Shown here one piece after another: positions 1-9,250 of a DNA stretch of 45,154 bases. Location: the NCBI GenBank assembly GCA_016201465.1, contig JACQCV010000022.1, positions 1-45,154 of the forward strand. Reading direction: 5' to 3'. Origin of the DNA: Candidatus Vogelbacteria bacterium (GTDB lineage Bacteria; Patescibacteriota; Minisyncoccia; Phycocordibacterales; UBA12445). A program made the translations under genes and the position numbers. The notes beneath the pieces were generated by a model, which was given only the letters and a program-made list of their open reading frames with translations, searched no databases and was not told the origin of the DNA. The first letter of the stretch is position 1. Every line of letters starts with the position of its first letter.

Positions 1-2
1 GG

Positions 3-170
3 TCGTTAATACCCACAGGCGTTGCTGTTCGTAGTTTAATTTTTTACTTGATCGACACTGGTTCGTCCAAGGCGGTTAAGGTCGAAATGCAGCTTGGCGA
101 AACCAAGGGTGGGGTCGTCCGTTATGCTAATTATTATTCGACTGTAATTCTGAGAGGATCGTATAAATGA
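3..170 (+). CDS. 3' end of an upstream ORF (C-terminal 55 aa; possibly pilin/pseudopilin-like), partial at the window edge
   Basis: Hand translation of frame 3 is open from nt 3 to TGA at 168-170 (SLIPTGVAVRSLIFYLIDTGSSKAVKVEMQLGETKGGVVRYANYYSTVILRGSYK*). The stop overlaps the next ATG (ATGA at 167-170), implying translational coupling. The function is only a guess from context. Confidence 0.4.
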   Translation, partial: SLIPTGVAVRSLIFYLIDTGSSKAVKVEMQLGETKGGVVRYANYYSTVILRGSYK

Positions 171-1459
171 TTATGATTAGAGCAGAAAAAAATAAAAAAG
201 TAAATAAACAAAACGGGCAGGCACTTCTGATGGCCGTAGTACTTTTTTTGTTTTTATCGACGACGTTCATTGTGGGTATTTCTGATCCGATTTTGAGACA
301 AGCCAATATAACTCGCGATTTTTTGACGTCCCGAAAGAGTTATTTTGCTGGCGAGTCAGGTATAGAAGATGTAATTTATAGAATTAAAAAAAATAAACAA
401 ATATCGGCTAGTGGAACACTTGCACTTGATGGTTCTACTGCATCGGTTTCAGTCGTCAGTTCAACCAACACAAAGACCATAAGTGTCTCGGCCAATAATT
501 CGAGTATAGTTAGGAAAGTGACCTCTATTCTTAAGGCCGGTACTGGAGTGTCATTTTTTTACGGAATACAATCCGGTCAGGGCGGATTTGTTCTTAATAA
601 CAATGTTAAAATTAATGGCAATGTGTTCGCCAATGGTCCAATATTGGGTGCCAATGGTGTTACGATTACGGGCAGCGCGATATCTGCGAGCAGCTCTTCT
701 TTAGGTAGTAGCATAGATGATGTGACGGTTGGTGCTAATGGTATTGGAGATACTGCTGCCTATAGTGTTACCAATTCAACTGTTGCCGGTGGGCTTTATT
801 GTCAGACGGGGTCTCACAATAACAAGACATGTAATACTTCGAAGGTTGTTCCAGACCCAGTGGGTATGCCTGTATCGGATCTTGATATTACGCGTTGGAA
901 AAATGATGCAGTTTTGGGTGGGACAATAAACGGAAATTACACTATTACATCGTCAACCTCTCTTGGTCCCAAGAAAATAGTTGGAAATCTTGTGATTGAT
1001 GGTAAAAAAACTTTAACGTTGACTGGTGTACTTTGGATTACGGGTAACGTAACGATGAATAATGGTGCTTCAACTACTTTATCATCTACTTATGGTTCGA
1101 ATAGTGGCGTTATTGTTACTGACGGAATTGTCTCTGTTTCAAATAATTCCAGTTTTGGCGGAACAGGTCAGTCTGGGACTTATATCATGGTTTTGACTAC
1201 TAGCAATTGTCCAATAAGTCAGAGTTGTAACGGATCTTATGCCGTTGATGTATCAAACAATGCTGGTGCTGTCATATTGAATGCTCAGAATGGTACCGTC
1301 CATTTAAACAATAATGCAACGATCAAGGAGGTCGTAGGACGTGAAGTCATATTTGATCCAGGATCAATTGTTACTTACGATAGTGGTCTCGCTAATGAGA
1401 ATTTTTCAAGTGGACCCTCTGGTGGTTGGAATATAAATAGCTGGAATGAAACTCAATAA
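167..1459 (+). CDS. Membrane-anchored PilX/minor-pilin-like protein with a Gly/Asn/Thr-rich, probably beta-helical C-terminal domain
   Basis: The N-terminus KQNGQALLMAVVLFLFLSTTFIVGI resembles the PilX_N/pseudopilin hydrophobic segment. The rest is rich in short NG/GxxV/T-S repeats. It is coupled to the upstream ORF. Confidence 0.4.
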   Translation: MIMIRAEKNKKVNKQNGQALLMAVVLFLFLSTTFIVGISDPILRQANITRDFLTSRKSYFAGESGIEDVIYRIKKNKQISASGTLALDGSTASVSVVSSTNTKTISVSANNSSIVRKVTSILKAGTGVSFFYGIQSGQGGFVLNNNVKINGNVFANGPILGANGVTITGSAISASSSSLGSSIDDVTVGANGIGDTAAYSVTNSTVAGGLYCQTGSHNNKTCNTSKVVPDPVGMPVSDLDITRWKNDAVLGGTINGNYTITSSTSLGPKKIVGNLVIDGKKTLTLTGVLWITGNVTMNNGASTTLSSTYGSNSGVIVTDGIVSVSNNSSFGGTGQSGTYIMVLTTSNCPISQSCNGSYAVDVSNNAGAVILNAQNGTVHLNNNATIKEVVGREVIFDPGSIVTYDSGLANENFSSGPSGGWNINSWNETQ

Positions 1460-1475
1460 GTGCTAAAATATTTTC

Positions 1476-2243
1476 ATGTCAAAAAGCAAAAAATTAGTAG
1501 TGGGAAATTGGAAGATGAATCCGCTTACTTACAAAGAGGCAGAAGATCTCTATTTATCGATTTGGGATGGAGTCGGCAAATGCAAAAATGTTAATGTCGC
1601 TATCACTGTCCCGCTCGTTTTTTTGCGTGGTCTTAGCTTGATAAAAAAAAGTAATGTTTCGTTAGGAGCACAAGACTGTTTTCCGGGTGAAATCGGGCCA
1701 TTTACGGGAGCTGTTTCTGTTAGGATGATAAAGGAGCTCGGCGTGCAGTTTGTGATTATTGGGCATTCAGAGCGTCGTGCGATGGGGGATAGTGATCAAC
1801 TTATTAACGAGAAAATTAAGTCTGCTTTGCTAAACAACCTTAAAGTGGTTGTGTGTGTTGGAGAGTCTATCCGTGACGAGTCCGGAGATTACTTGAACTT
1901 TATAAAGAACCAACTTATTACAGACCTTAGTAAGGTTAAGAGGAATTTATTAAAGAATCTGATGGTGGCATACGAACCAGTTTGGGCAATCGGTAAAGAT
2001 GCTTTGCGACCTGCGGTACCGGAGGATGCCGTCGAAGTTGCAATCTTCATAAAAAAAGTAATATCAGAAATATTTGGTCGTGCTGTGGGAATAAAGGTAC
2101 CGGTGATTTATGGTGGATCTGTCGACCCTAAGAATTGTGGTAATTATTTACATGATGGGGTCATCAATGGATTCCTAGTCGGTAGAGCTAGTTTGAGTTC
2201 TGAAAAGTTTCTGGAAATTATAAAAATCACAGATGAAATTTAA
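1476..2243 (+). CDS. tpiA: Triosephosphate isomerase
   Basis: Motifs VVGNWKMN, IIGHSERR, VAYEPVWAIG and IYGGSV. Length is 255 aa. Confidence 0.95.
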   Translation: MSKSKKLVVGNWKMNPLTYKEAEDLYLSIWDGVGKCKNVNVAITVPLVFLRGLSLIKKSNVSLGAQDCFPGEIGPFTGAVSVRMIKELGVQFVIIGHSERRAMGDSDQLINEKIKSALLNNLKVVVCVGESIRDESGDYLNFIKNQLITDLSKVKRNLLKNLMVAYEPVWAIGKDALRPAVPEDAVEVAIFIKKVISEIFGRAVGIKVPVIYGGSVDPKNCGNYLHDGVINGFLVGRASLSSEKFLEIIKITDEI

Positions 2244-3345
2244 AAGCATAAGAGATGCGGGAGAGCTCTTTGGTAAAAAAGTTTTGCTGAGGCTAGACTT
2301 GAATGTTTCGCTTAAAGATGGTGCAGTGTTTGATGACTTTCGCATTAAAGGATCGCTGCCAACTCTCAATTATTTAAAAGACGCGGATGCCAAAATTATT
2401 ATACTTAGTCATCTTGGAGAGGGGGGAACCGAAACCCTACGACCTGTTGCGGATTATTTAAAAGTTTCACTGTTACCGATTAAGATTGATGTTTCATTGA
2501 AGGATAGGGTTGCACACATGCAGAATGGTGAAGTAATAATTTTGGAAAACTTAAGACAAGATAAAAGAGAAGTGGTTAATGACCCTGAGTTTGCTAAAGA
2601 GTTGGCGAGTTTGGGCGATATATATGTTAATGACGCCTTTTCGGTATCTCACAGGAATCATACGTCGATTGTCGCACTGCCTAAACTGTTGCCACATTAT
2701 GCGGGTTTTTTACTTCAATCCGAGGTTGAGAATCTATCAAAGTTATTTAATCCGGATCATCCATTTCTGTTTATTTTGGGTGGGGCAAAGTTTGAAACAA
2801 AAATAAATTTAGTTAAAAAGTTTTTGGATATTGCGGACAAGATTTTTATTGGCGGCGCTCTCTCTAACACGATTTTTAAGAAGATGGGATACGAAACAGG
2901 GGTATCTTTGGTTGATGAAAAAGAGATGAATCTAGATTTTGTCCTAAATAACAAAAAGATCGTTTTACCGATGGATGTAACTGTTAGAGATGCCATGGGT
3001 GATAGTGTGAAATTGCCAGACCAGGTTTTGAAGAACGAAAATATTTTAGATATGGGTCCAGAGTCACTAGAGGCTACAAAGAAGATGATTGATGACGCAA
3101 AATATATTTTGTGGAATGGCCCGATGGGGAATTTTGAGAAAGGCTTGAAGCAGATTACTGAGGATTTAGCGACACATCTGTCCAAATCAGGAGCTAAGAC
3201 CATTGTTGGCGGGGGAGATACCTTGACAGCGATCCGTGATTTGGACCTCGTAGACAAGTTTACTTTCACTTCCTCAGGCGGTGGTGCTATGCTTGATTTC
3301 TTAGTCAATGGAACCCTACCAGGCATAGAGGCCTTGACTTTCTAG
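2233..3345 (+). CDS. pgk: Phosphoglycerate kinase
   Basis: Motifs RLDLNV, ILSHLG, VNDAFSVSHR, GGAKFETKI, WNGPMG, GGGDT and SSGGGAML. It overlaps the tpiA stop by 11 nt. Confidence 0.93.
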   Translation: MKFKSIRDAGELFGKKVLLRLDLNVSLKDGAVFDDFRIKGSLPTLNYLKDADAKIIILSHLGEGGTETLRPVADYLKVSLLPIKIDVSLKDRVAHMQNGEVIILENLRQDKREVVNDPEFAKELASLGDIYVNDAFSVSHRNHTSIVALPKLLPHYAGFLLQSEVENLSKLFNPDHPFLFILGGAKFETKINLVKKFLDIADKIFIGGALSNTIFKKMGYETGVSLVDEKEMNLDFVLNNKKIVLPMDVTVRDAMGDSVKLPDQVLKNENILDMGPESLEATKKMIDDAKYILWNGPMGNFEKGLKQITEDLATHLSKSGAKTIVGGGDTLTAIRDLDLVDKFTFTSSGGGAMLDFLVNGTLPGIEALTF

Positions 3346-3362
3346 ATCATGTATGCTATAAT
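3334..3362 (+). promoter_or_regulatory. Consensus sigma70-type promoter (TTGACT, 17 nt spacer, TATAAT, with TGc extended -10)
   Basis: TTGACT at 3334-3339 and TATAAT at 3357-3362, overlapping the pgk stop. A ~140-nt leader follows before the GC-rich ORF at 3503. Confidence 0.55.
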
Positions 3363-3502
3363 CTCAGCGGACAAAAGTTTCTTGGAAATTCAAAACAAAA
3401 AACAAATCCGCCTTATATTAAGACGGTCGTACGCTTGAGCGACCTCAGGCAAATAGATATACCACCGAAGCGTGAAGCTTTGGGTGGTCGAGGAGGTATG
3501 CG

Positions 3503-4234
3503 ATGAAATCCATCGTGCGCCGGACTCTGTCTGTTCATAAGGAGCACGAGTTGCTCCAGAAGCTTGAGGCCGCTGGTCTCACAGATACTCTCGCCCAGAT
3601 GGTCATCGACTGCAAGGGGAATGCCCTTGCTCTGAGAATCGTTAAGTTGGTTGGGAACCAGAAACCCGAAGTCAAGCCTGAGGAACCGCGGAGATTTACG
3701 AAAGCTGACTTAAAGGCACTTCTCAATGGTGAGATTAGGCTTTCATTTGTTGATATCGCTTCACACACTGATTTGTGGAAGGCTTTTGCACAGAATCCCG
3801 ATCGGGTCTACTTGCACACAGTATTGCGTTGGCTTTCGAATCGCAATGATTCTATCGCTGAAGTTGAGAAGGCCCAGAACGCCGGCGTCGCATTCCGAAG
3901 CATTATGCATTATATGGCGGTCTGGAATATTCGTACGATTGTGGAGCAAGTGCTACAGATGAGTCCGAAGGAAAATTCCAAGTGCGCAAATTCTTTCGCC
4001 GTGAGCTTGTTGGTTGCAGGCAGGGTTTGTGACCTTCAGCAAACTGATCCTGAGTTCTTTGCGAGGATCAGGAACTACTTGCAGGAGATTTTGCAGTTTG
4101 GCAGTTATTCGGGCTACCATGCTCTGAAGGATTTCTTCAACATGGCTGCGGCAAATGATGCCGCTCGAGGGATATCCAAGAGCTACCACAGCAATTGCAC
4201 TGGCTGCGGTCCGAACTGCGATTGTAGAGACTGA
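3503..4234 (+). CDS. Hypothetical protein with a Cys-rich C-terminus (CTGCGPNCDCRD); GC-rich foreign-looking gene
   Basis: 243-aa ORF with a strong SD (GAGGAGG) 7 nt upstream. A sampled line (3541-3600) is 35/60 G+C, against 23/60 in tpiA. I recognise no family. Confidence 0.6.
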   Translation: MKSIVRRTLSVHKEHELLQKLEAAGLTDTLAQMVIDCKGNALALRIVKLVGNQKPEVKPEEPRRFTKADLKALLNGEIRLSFVDIASHTDLWKAFAQNPDRVYLHTVLRWLSNRNDSIAEVEKAQNAGVAFRSIMHYMAVWNIRTIVEQVLQMSPKENSKCANSFAVSLLVAGRVCDLQQTDPEFFARIRNYLQEILQFGSYSGYHALKDFFNMAAANDAARGISKSYHSNCTGCGPNCDCRD

Positions 4235-4256
4235 GGTTTCGTTAGGAGTTTAACGT

Positions 4257-4307
4257 CCCCCGCGCAAATTTTTCGCCCAAGTGGTGAGAGGTTTGCCGGG
4301 GGTTTTT
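4257..4307 (+). terminator. Possible terminator: CCCCCG...CGGGGG stem with a large loop, then TTTTT
   Basis: cccccg at 4257-4262 pairs with cggggg at 4297-4302, followed by a T-run. The loop is unusually long (~33 nt). Confidence 0.35.
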
Positions 4308-4404
4308 AGTTGACGGATATAGCAAGATATGATATTGTTACGGGGACAAGTTTGATCTTTATAAACAAGCACGATAAATTTAAAACAATCGAAAGGATAC
4401 GGTC

Positions 4405-5001
4405 ATGACAGCAAAGGATAATTCGGGTAGCGTTTCCATCGTTTTGCCTCCGTTCAAGATTAATCTCTTCCAAAAGCCCTATGGCAATGAGGCATACTCT
4501 CTCAAGGTGGGTGAAGATGGAAGCCTAACGGTTGGTGGAAAGATTGTAGAGTTTCATCCCTGGGATTTGGTCCAAATGACAATTGCGGTTGGCCTTGTCG
4601 GTCAATTTTCCGCTATCATTAGGACTGGCAAATCCAGTCTCGTTGTCAAGAATCCACTTAAGATTGAAGGGAAAGTTCATTCAGAGAACGCGGCTCACAT
4701 CCAAAGTCTTTTGCAGGATAGCGAAAACGAAAAGGTTTATCTCTCTGGTGTGACGTTTGTTCCTGATCCGGAGCTTGAGGAGTCTTATATTCCAAATCCG
4801 AATAGTGGTATTGTGATCACCGAACTAATCAATGCGTATGTGATGCGTCTCTGGACCGTGCGTTTGGTGACACGAAATAGTGTGACTCGGCTAGTAGTGA
4901 CGCAGAAGGACGTTGCACGTCCAGACGGACTTAATGGTAAAGATGGAGATAAGGATGTGCTAGATAATTTTTTGAACGAGTATGGCGGTGACTTATTGTG
5001 A
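4405..5001 (+). CDS. Hypothetical protein (GC-rich, SD-led)
   Basis: 198-aa ORF with AAAGGA 8 nt upstream. TTGACG at 4309-4314 is a possible -35. I recognise no family. Confidence 0.55.
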   Translation: MTAKDNSGSVSIVLPPFKINLFQKPYGNEAYSLKVGEDGSLTVGGKIVEFHPWDLVQMTIAVGLVGQFSAIIRTGKSSLVVKNPLKIEGKVHSENAAHIQSLLQDSENEKVYLSGVTFVPDPELEESYIPNPNSGIVITELINAYVMRLWTVRLVTRNSVTRLVVTQKDVARPDGLNGKDGDKDVLDNFLNEYGGDLL

Positions 5002-5111
5002 AACCTATCCCGTAGTGAAAAATGGTATTGGTGCGAAGCACCAGCGCAAAAGCGCGATGTCATTTTCTACTACGGGATTTCTTTTTTCAATTTTTGATAA
5101 ATAATGGTGGC

Positions 5112-5819
5112 ATGGTCAAAATAAAGATAGATATTTTATATGAGGACGACAGTGTTTTGGTTATAAATAAGCCGGCTGGTTTAGCCGTGCATGATGACGC
5201 AAATGGTAACCAAAAAAATACTGTTGTTAATTGGATTTTAAAAAAATATCCAAAAGTTAAGAAAGTGGGGGAAGACGAATCTCGTCCTGGAATTGTGCAC
5301 AGACTCGATAAAGATACCAGTGGCGTTTTAATAATCGCCAAGACACAACAGGCTTATGAATTAATTAAACAGCAATTTCAAAATCACCAGGTTAAAAAGG
5401 TATATCTGGCAATTGTTTATGGTGATATTAAAAAGGATGTAGGGATAATTGACCGTCCAATTGGGCGAAGTAAGAACGATTTTCACGCTAAGGCAACTGG
5501 TAGTGTAGCTCGCGGTGATCTGAAGCAGGCGGTTACTTATTATAAAGTTATCGAACATTTTCCCGGTTATACTTTATTAGAAATCCGTCCGAAGACTGGC
5601 CGAACGCATCAGATTAGGGCACATTTGAAATCTATAAGTTATCCGATAGTTTGTGATTCGGTATATGCAAAAGGAAGAGTCTGTTTGGACAAATTAAAAA
5701 GGCAGGCGTTGCACGCGTATTCTACAGAATTTATTTTACCTAATGGAAAGGACATTAAGGTTGAGGCGTCGATACCCAGCGATCTTTCAGCGGCTCTTGC
5801 TAATCTCAGGCGATTGTGA
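5112..5819 (+). CDS. RluA-family pseudouridine synthase (RluD/RluC-like catalytic domain, no S4 domain)
   Basis: Motifs [35 protein letters not shown] and [11 protein letters not shown] prefer the ATG at 5112 (M31 of the track ORF 5022..5819) because homology starts there. Confidence 0.85.
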   Translation: MVKIKIDILYEDDSVLVINKPAGLAVHDDANGNQKNTVVNWILKKYPKVKKVGEDESRPGIVHRLDKDTSGVLIIAKTQQAYELIKQQFQNHQVKKVYLAIVYGDIKKDVGIIDRPIGRSKNDFHAKATGSVARGDLKQAVTYYKVIEHFPGYTLLEIRPKTGRTHQIRAHLKSISYPIVCDSVYAKGRVCLDKLKRQALHAYSTEFILPNGKDIKVEASIPSDLSAALANLRRL

Positions 5820-6256
5820 TAGATTCTTTACTACTTATGCAACTAAATAACATCAAAGTTTCCCCTATTAATATAGAGGCAAGAAAAAAAATTAATATTA
5901 GACCGGGCGATACCGTCAGGGTTTCTTTGAAGATCAAGGAAAAAGATAAAGATAAAATCAAGATTCGTATTCAAGATTATGAGGGTTTGGTGATTGCCGT
6001 TAAGCATGGTAAAGAAAACGGTGGGACTTTTACAGTTAGGAAAGTTGCTAGTGGCGTTGGTGTCGAGAGAATTTTTCCCCTTTATTCTCCAGTCATAGAT
6101 AAAATTGAAATAAGAAAGAAATCTCGAGTAAGGAAGGCTAAATTGTATTACATTCACGACAAAGCTGCTAGAGAGATTAGCAGGAAGATGAGGAGAAGCG
6201 CTATGGTGTCGGAGGCGGTGGAAGAGACAGCCAAAGAGGTTGAAGAAACAAAATAG
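5816..6256 (+). CDS. rplS: 50S ribosomal protein L19 with an acidic C-terminal extension
   Basis: Motifs [30 protein letters not shown] and RKAKLYY. The GTG start overlaps the upstream stop (GTGA). An alternative ATG lies at 5837. Confidence 0.9.
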   Translation: MIDSLLLMQLNNIKVSPINIEARKKINIRPGDTVRVSLKIKEKDKDKIKIRIQDYEGLVIAVKHGKENGGTFTVRKVASGVGVERIFPLYSPVIDKIEIRKKSRVRKAKLYYIHDKAAREISRKMRRSAMVSEAVEETAKEVEETK

Positions 6257-6261
6257 AATTT

Positions 6262-6288
6262 AAAAAAGAGCGCTCGCGCTCTTTTTTG
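6262..6288 (+). terminator. Rho-independent terminator after rplS
   Basis: aaaaaagagcgCTCGcgctctttttt: a GC stem flanked by an A-run and a T-run. Confidence 0.8.
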
Positions 6289-6331
6289 TTGGCAAAGTTT
6301 TCAATTTCATATATATTAGATGAACGAATAT

Positions 6332-6415
6332 GCGCGGGTGGCGAAATTGGTAGACGCACTACCTTGAGGTGGTAGCGGCCGCAAGGCTATGGAGGTTCAA
6401 ATCCTCTCCCGCGCA
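6332..6415 (+). tRNA. tRNA-Leu (anticodon GAG), class II long variable arm, CCA not encoded
   Basis: Folded by hand. Acceptor GCGCGGG/CCCGCGC, anticodon stem CTACC/GGTAG, and loop TTGAGGT with GAG at 6366-6368. T arm is GGAGG-TTCAAAT-CCTCT, discriminator is A. Confidence 0.9.
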
Positions 6416-6551
6416 CAGCGAGCGAAAAGAACGAGCACGGAGCGAGTCAACTGCTGGGCTCGCGTGGGATGATTTCAGATGGACTAGAAAAGTCAGCATA
6501 TGAGATTCTTGGGCTGGTTTTTTGCAATAACCGTTGAATCTATAGTATAAT

Positions 6552-8279
6552 TTGGTGGTGAAATCAGTTAAATCTAAGAAAACTGCTAAGATTGATAAAA
6601 AATTAGCAATAGGTTTTTTTGTTTTTCTAATGTTTCTAATGGCGGTCACGGCTTATTTCCTTGGTGGGTCAGAAAAATTTACCTTTTTTAGGGCACTCCA
6701 GGCGGCTGTTGTTCAAGTGGGGTTAGTAATTTCTCCGGCTATGCCCACTGTAGGCACAATATATCCAGACCATGTTGAGAAGGGTGACACAATTGTAGTT
6801 CGTATCCAGGGAAAAGATTTTATAAGCGGCTTTGATCCCGTAGAAAAGATAACATTGTCACATAGAGGGGAAACAGCGGTGGTTTACTCTGCCGATGTGA
6901 ATGTTAAAGATGAGAAACAGTTGTCGTCAACCATAGACACCTCATCCCTGCCAGTCGGATTATATGACCTCAGGGTTGTAAACCAGTTTATGGGTAGAGA
7001 TATAGTAAGTACGACAGCAACTTCATTATTAATTTCTCCCAAAGTCGAATTGACTGATGGTGCGTCGCTTCCTATTATCCATACCACGTTGGAGTCTGCT
7101 CTTGACTATGCCGTGCCAGAAACAGTTGGCATAAGTAATAAATACACAACAGGAGGGTCTCTCACGATGGACCTGCCAAGTAATTTTTTATCTGATGATT
7201 CAAAGATCTTAAATCTAAAGGTTGATGCTTTTGATTACAAGAGCTATGTTGTGGGTGCTGGCGATTCGGGGACAGATATGCCTAATAATATGGGCGATAT
7301 TGGGGCTGTATATGATATTAAATTTTCTACTTCTGACAACCAGCCTGTGGCTAGCACAGATAAGCAAATTATGCTGTCTTTTAAGTACGATCCTGCGGTA
7401 TTGGCCCAAAAAGGTATCACCCCATCTACTCTTAAGATTTATCATTGGAACGTAAGTACTGGTGCATGGGAGGCTGTATCAAATTCTGTTGTGTCTGAGA
7501 TAGATAACACCGTTTCCGGGGCGGTCTCACAGTTTAGTCCATATACGGCTTTGGGTAATTACGCTTGTAGTGATGGTATAGATAACGATGGAGACGGTAA
7601 GATTGACTATCCGGCCGATCCTGCTTGTAAATCTCCAAGGTGGCTAAGTGAAGACAAGCCTCGTCCGTTTACTGGTGGGGGTACGGTCTATTATTATCCC
7701 AAGGTTAAAGCTATAACGACGGCGCCGCAGATCGCTAATCACGATACACAGCCGGTGCCTTCTGTTGGCCAGCCAAACAAAGTACAGACGCCTATTGTTA
7801 ATATAGTACGGACAAATGGCTCATCTTCGATTGTTCAGACTATCTCTCAAGCGGTTGCCAGTCCCGCCAATAGTTTAATTACCAAAACACTCCAATTTGG
7901 TTTGAAGGATGATCAAGTTAGGCTTCTGCAAATTAAATTAATGAAGGCGGGAGTATACAGCGGTCCAATCACTGGTTATTTTGGTGACATGACCAGGGTG
8001 GCCGTACTTGCTTACCAGAAGAGGAGTGGCATTTTACAAATCGGTGTTGTTGGCCCTGTCACTCAAGCTCGTTTGAATGCATCAACTGTTACAAAAACAC
8101 TACTAACGCCGAATGTTTCTTCTCAAACATCAAGCAAAAAAGACCAGGCAACAAAATATGTTAAGCCTCTCGCTGAAAACTTTTTGGTTCCGGCAAGTAT
8201 TAAGGAAAATGGAGATAAAGGTATGAGATTGATTTTGTATATGATTACTAACTTTTGGAAGGGACTCTGGATAAGATAG
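6552..8279 (+). CDS. Membrane-anchored exoprotein with a Cys/Asp-rich metal-binding-like motif and a C-terminal peptidoglycan-binding (PG_binding_1-like) domain
   Basis: N-terminal basic stretch plus TM helix (LAIGFFVFLMFLMAVTAYFL). CSDGIDNDGDGKIDYPADPAC motif. C-terminal LKDDQVRLLQIKLMKAGVYSGPITGYFGDMTRVAVLAYQKRSG. The start codon is uncertain (TTG at 6552, GTG at 6555/6558). Confidence 0.7.
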   Translation: MVVKSVKSKKTAKIDKKLAIGFFVFLMFLMAVTAYFLGGSEKFTFFRALQAAVVQVGLVISPAMPTVGTIYPDHVEKGDTIVVRIQGKDFISGFDPVEKITLSHRGETAVVYSADVNVKDEKQLSSTIDTSSLPVGLYDLRVVNQFMGRDIVSTTATSLLISPKVELTDGASLPIIHTTLESALDYAVPETVGISNKYTTGGSLTMDLPSNFLSDDSKILNLKVDAFDYKSYVVGAGDSGTDMPNNMGDIGAVYDIKFSTSDNQPVASTDKQIMLSFKYDPAVLAQKGITPSTLKIYHWNVSTGAWEAVSNSVVSEIDNTVSGAVSQFSPYTALGNYACSDGIDNDGDGKIDYPADPACKSPRWLSEDKPRPFTGGGTVYYYPKVKAITTAPQIANHDTQPVPSVGQPNKVQTPIVNIVRTNGSSSIVQTISQAVASPANSLITKTLQFGLKDDQVRLLQIKLMKAGVYSGPITGYFGDMTRVAVLAYQKRSGILQIGVVGPVTQARLNASTVTKTLLTPNVSSQTSSKKDQATKYVKPLAENFLVPASIKENGDKGMRLILYMITNFWKGLWIR

Positions 8280-8308
8280 TCATAAGAGTATGTCGCCTAA
8301 TTAAATTA

Positions 8309-9250
8309 ATGAAAAATTTACTCTATACAATTGTTTTTTGTCTTGTTGTGGTTATGACGACTCTAGCGCATAAGGACGCGCTAGCAGAAGATCTAGGTTC
8401 TGCGAATTTTATAGTTCGTAATCCAACCATAAGTGCTGGGGGTGGACTTGCAACCTCTACTTCATTTGAGACTAGTGATGTTATCGGTCAAATTATTACA
8501 GGAACCAGTACATCTGCTAATTTCGAAGGGGAAACTGGTTTTGGTTATGTTCACGATACAGTGTTTTCAATAACTGCTCCCGCTGCGGTCAACTATGGAT
8601 CAAATGGTGTCTCTATCGGTTCACAAGTCCTAAATGCTGGACTAAATCCAATCAATGTAACCGACATAAGGGGCATCAGTTCTCCGTGGTCGTTAACAAT
8701 GGCTGTTACAAATTTGACTACTAGGGGCGGTGTTTTAAAAGTTGCCGGTGATAACAGTACGTTGTCGTCTACAGGTACCTATACTGGTGTTGTTGCTCCA
8801 GATAGATCAGATAAGTATGTTGTAGAAATACAAACGGGTGGAACGGTGGGCACAGCTACTTTCAAGTGGACTGATCCTGTTGGTACTGTTACTCAAAATG
8901 TTATGACTGCGGCTAGTGTTTTGTTGAGTAATGGTTTGAGCATAAATTTTGCTGATGCAATATATATAAGTGGGGATAAGTGGGTTCTCCCAGTCGACAG
9001 TATTGCTTATGGTAATCTACAGATGTTGCCAGCCGGCCCGACCGTTAATTATGGTGACTCCAATGTCGTTTCGGGATCTGATGGAACCTTTTCTGGTTCC
9101 AGTGCTACCTCGAATTCGAGAACTATCATCAGTTCCGATCCCGGGGGTAGTCAGGGTAGCTATACACAAAATGTTGAACTAAGACAGACTGTTCACGCGA
9201 ATACTTTACGAGGAACTTTTAATGGTACGATTGTACTTACTCTTTCATGA
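8309..9250 (+). CDS. Secreted WxL-domain-like surface protein
   Basis: Signal peptide MKNLLYTIVFCLVVVMTTLAHKDALA, starting at the ATG at 8309 (M19 of the track ORF). VTDIRGISSPWSLTMAVTNLT resembles the first WxL motif (D-x-RG-x3-W-x-L). It is a paralogue of 10117..10977. Confidence 0.5.
   Translation: MKNLLYTIVFCLVVVMTTLAHKDALAEDLGSANFIVRNPTISAGGGLATSTSFETSDVIGQIITGTSTSANFEGETGFGYVHDTVFSITAPAAVNYGSNGVSIGSQVLNAGLNPINVTDIRGISSPWSLTMAVTNLTTRGGVLKVAGDNSTLSSTGTYTGVVAPDRSDKYVVEIQTGGTVGTATFKWTDPVGTVTQNVMTAASVLLSNGLSINFADAIYISGDKWVLPVDSIAYGNLQMLPAGPTVNYGDSNVVSGSDGTFSGSSATSNSRTIISSDPGGSQGSYTQNVELRQTVHANTLRGTFNGTIVLTLS

Noticed and set aside
2757-3326. 189-aa minus-strand ORF inside pgk, and the similar one at 2175..2369
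   Set aside because: They are antisense to the strongly supported pgk and tpiA genes.
6359-6649. 96-aa minus-strand ORF
   Set aside because: It overlaps the tRNA-Leu gene and the promoter and 5' end of the next plus-strand gene. It is an antisense artefact.
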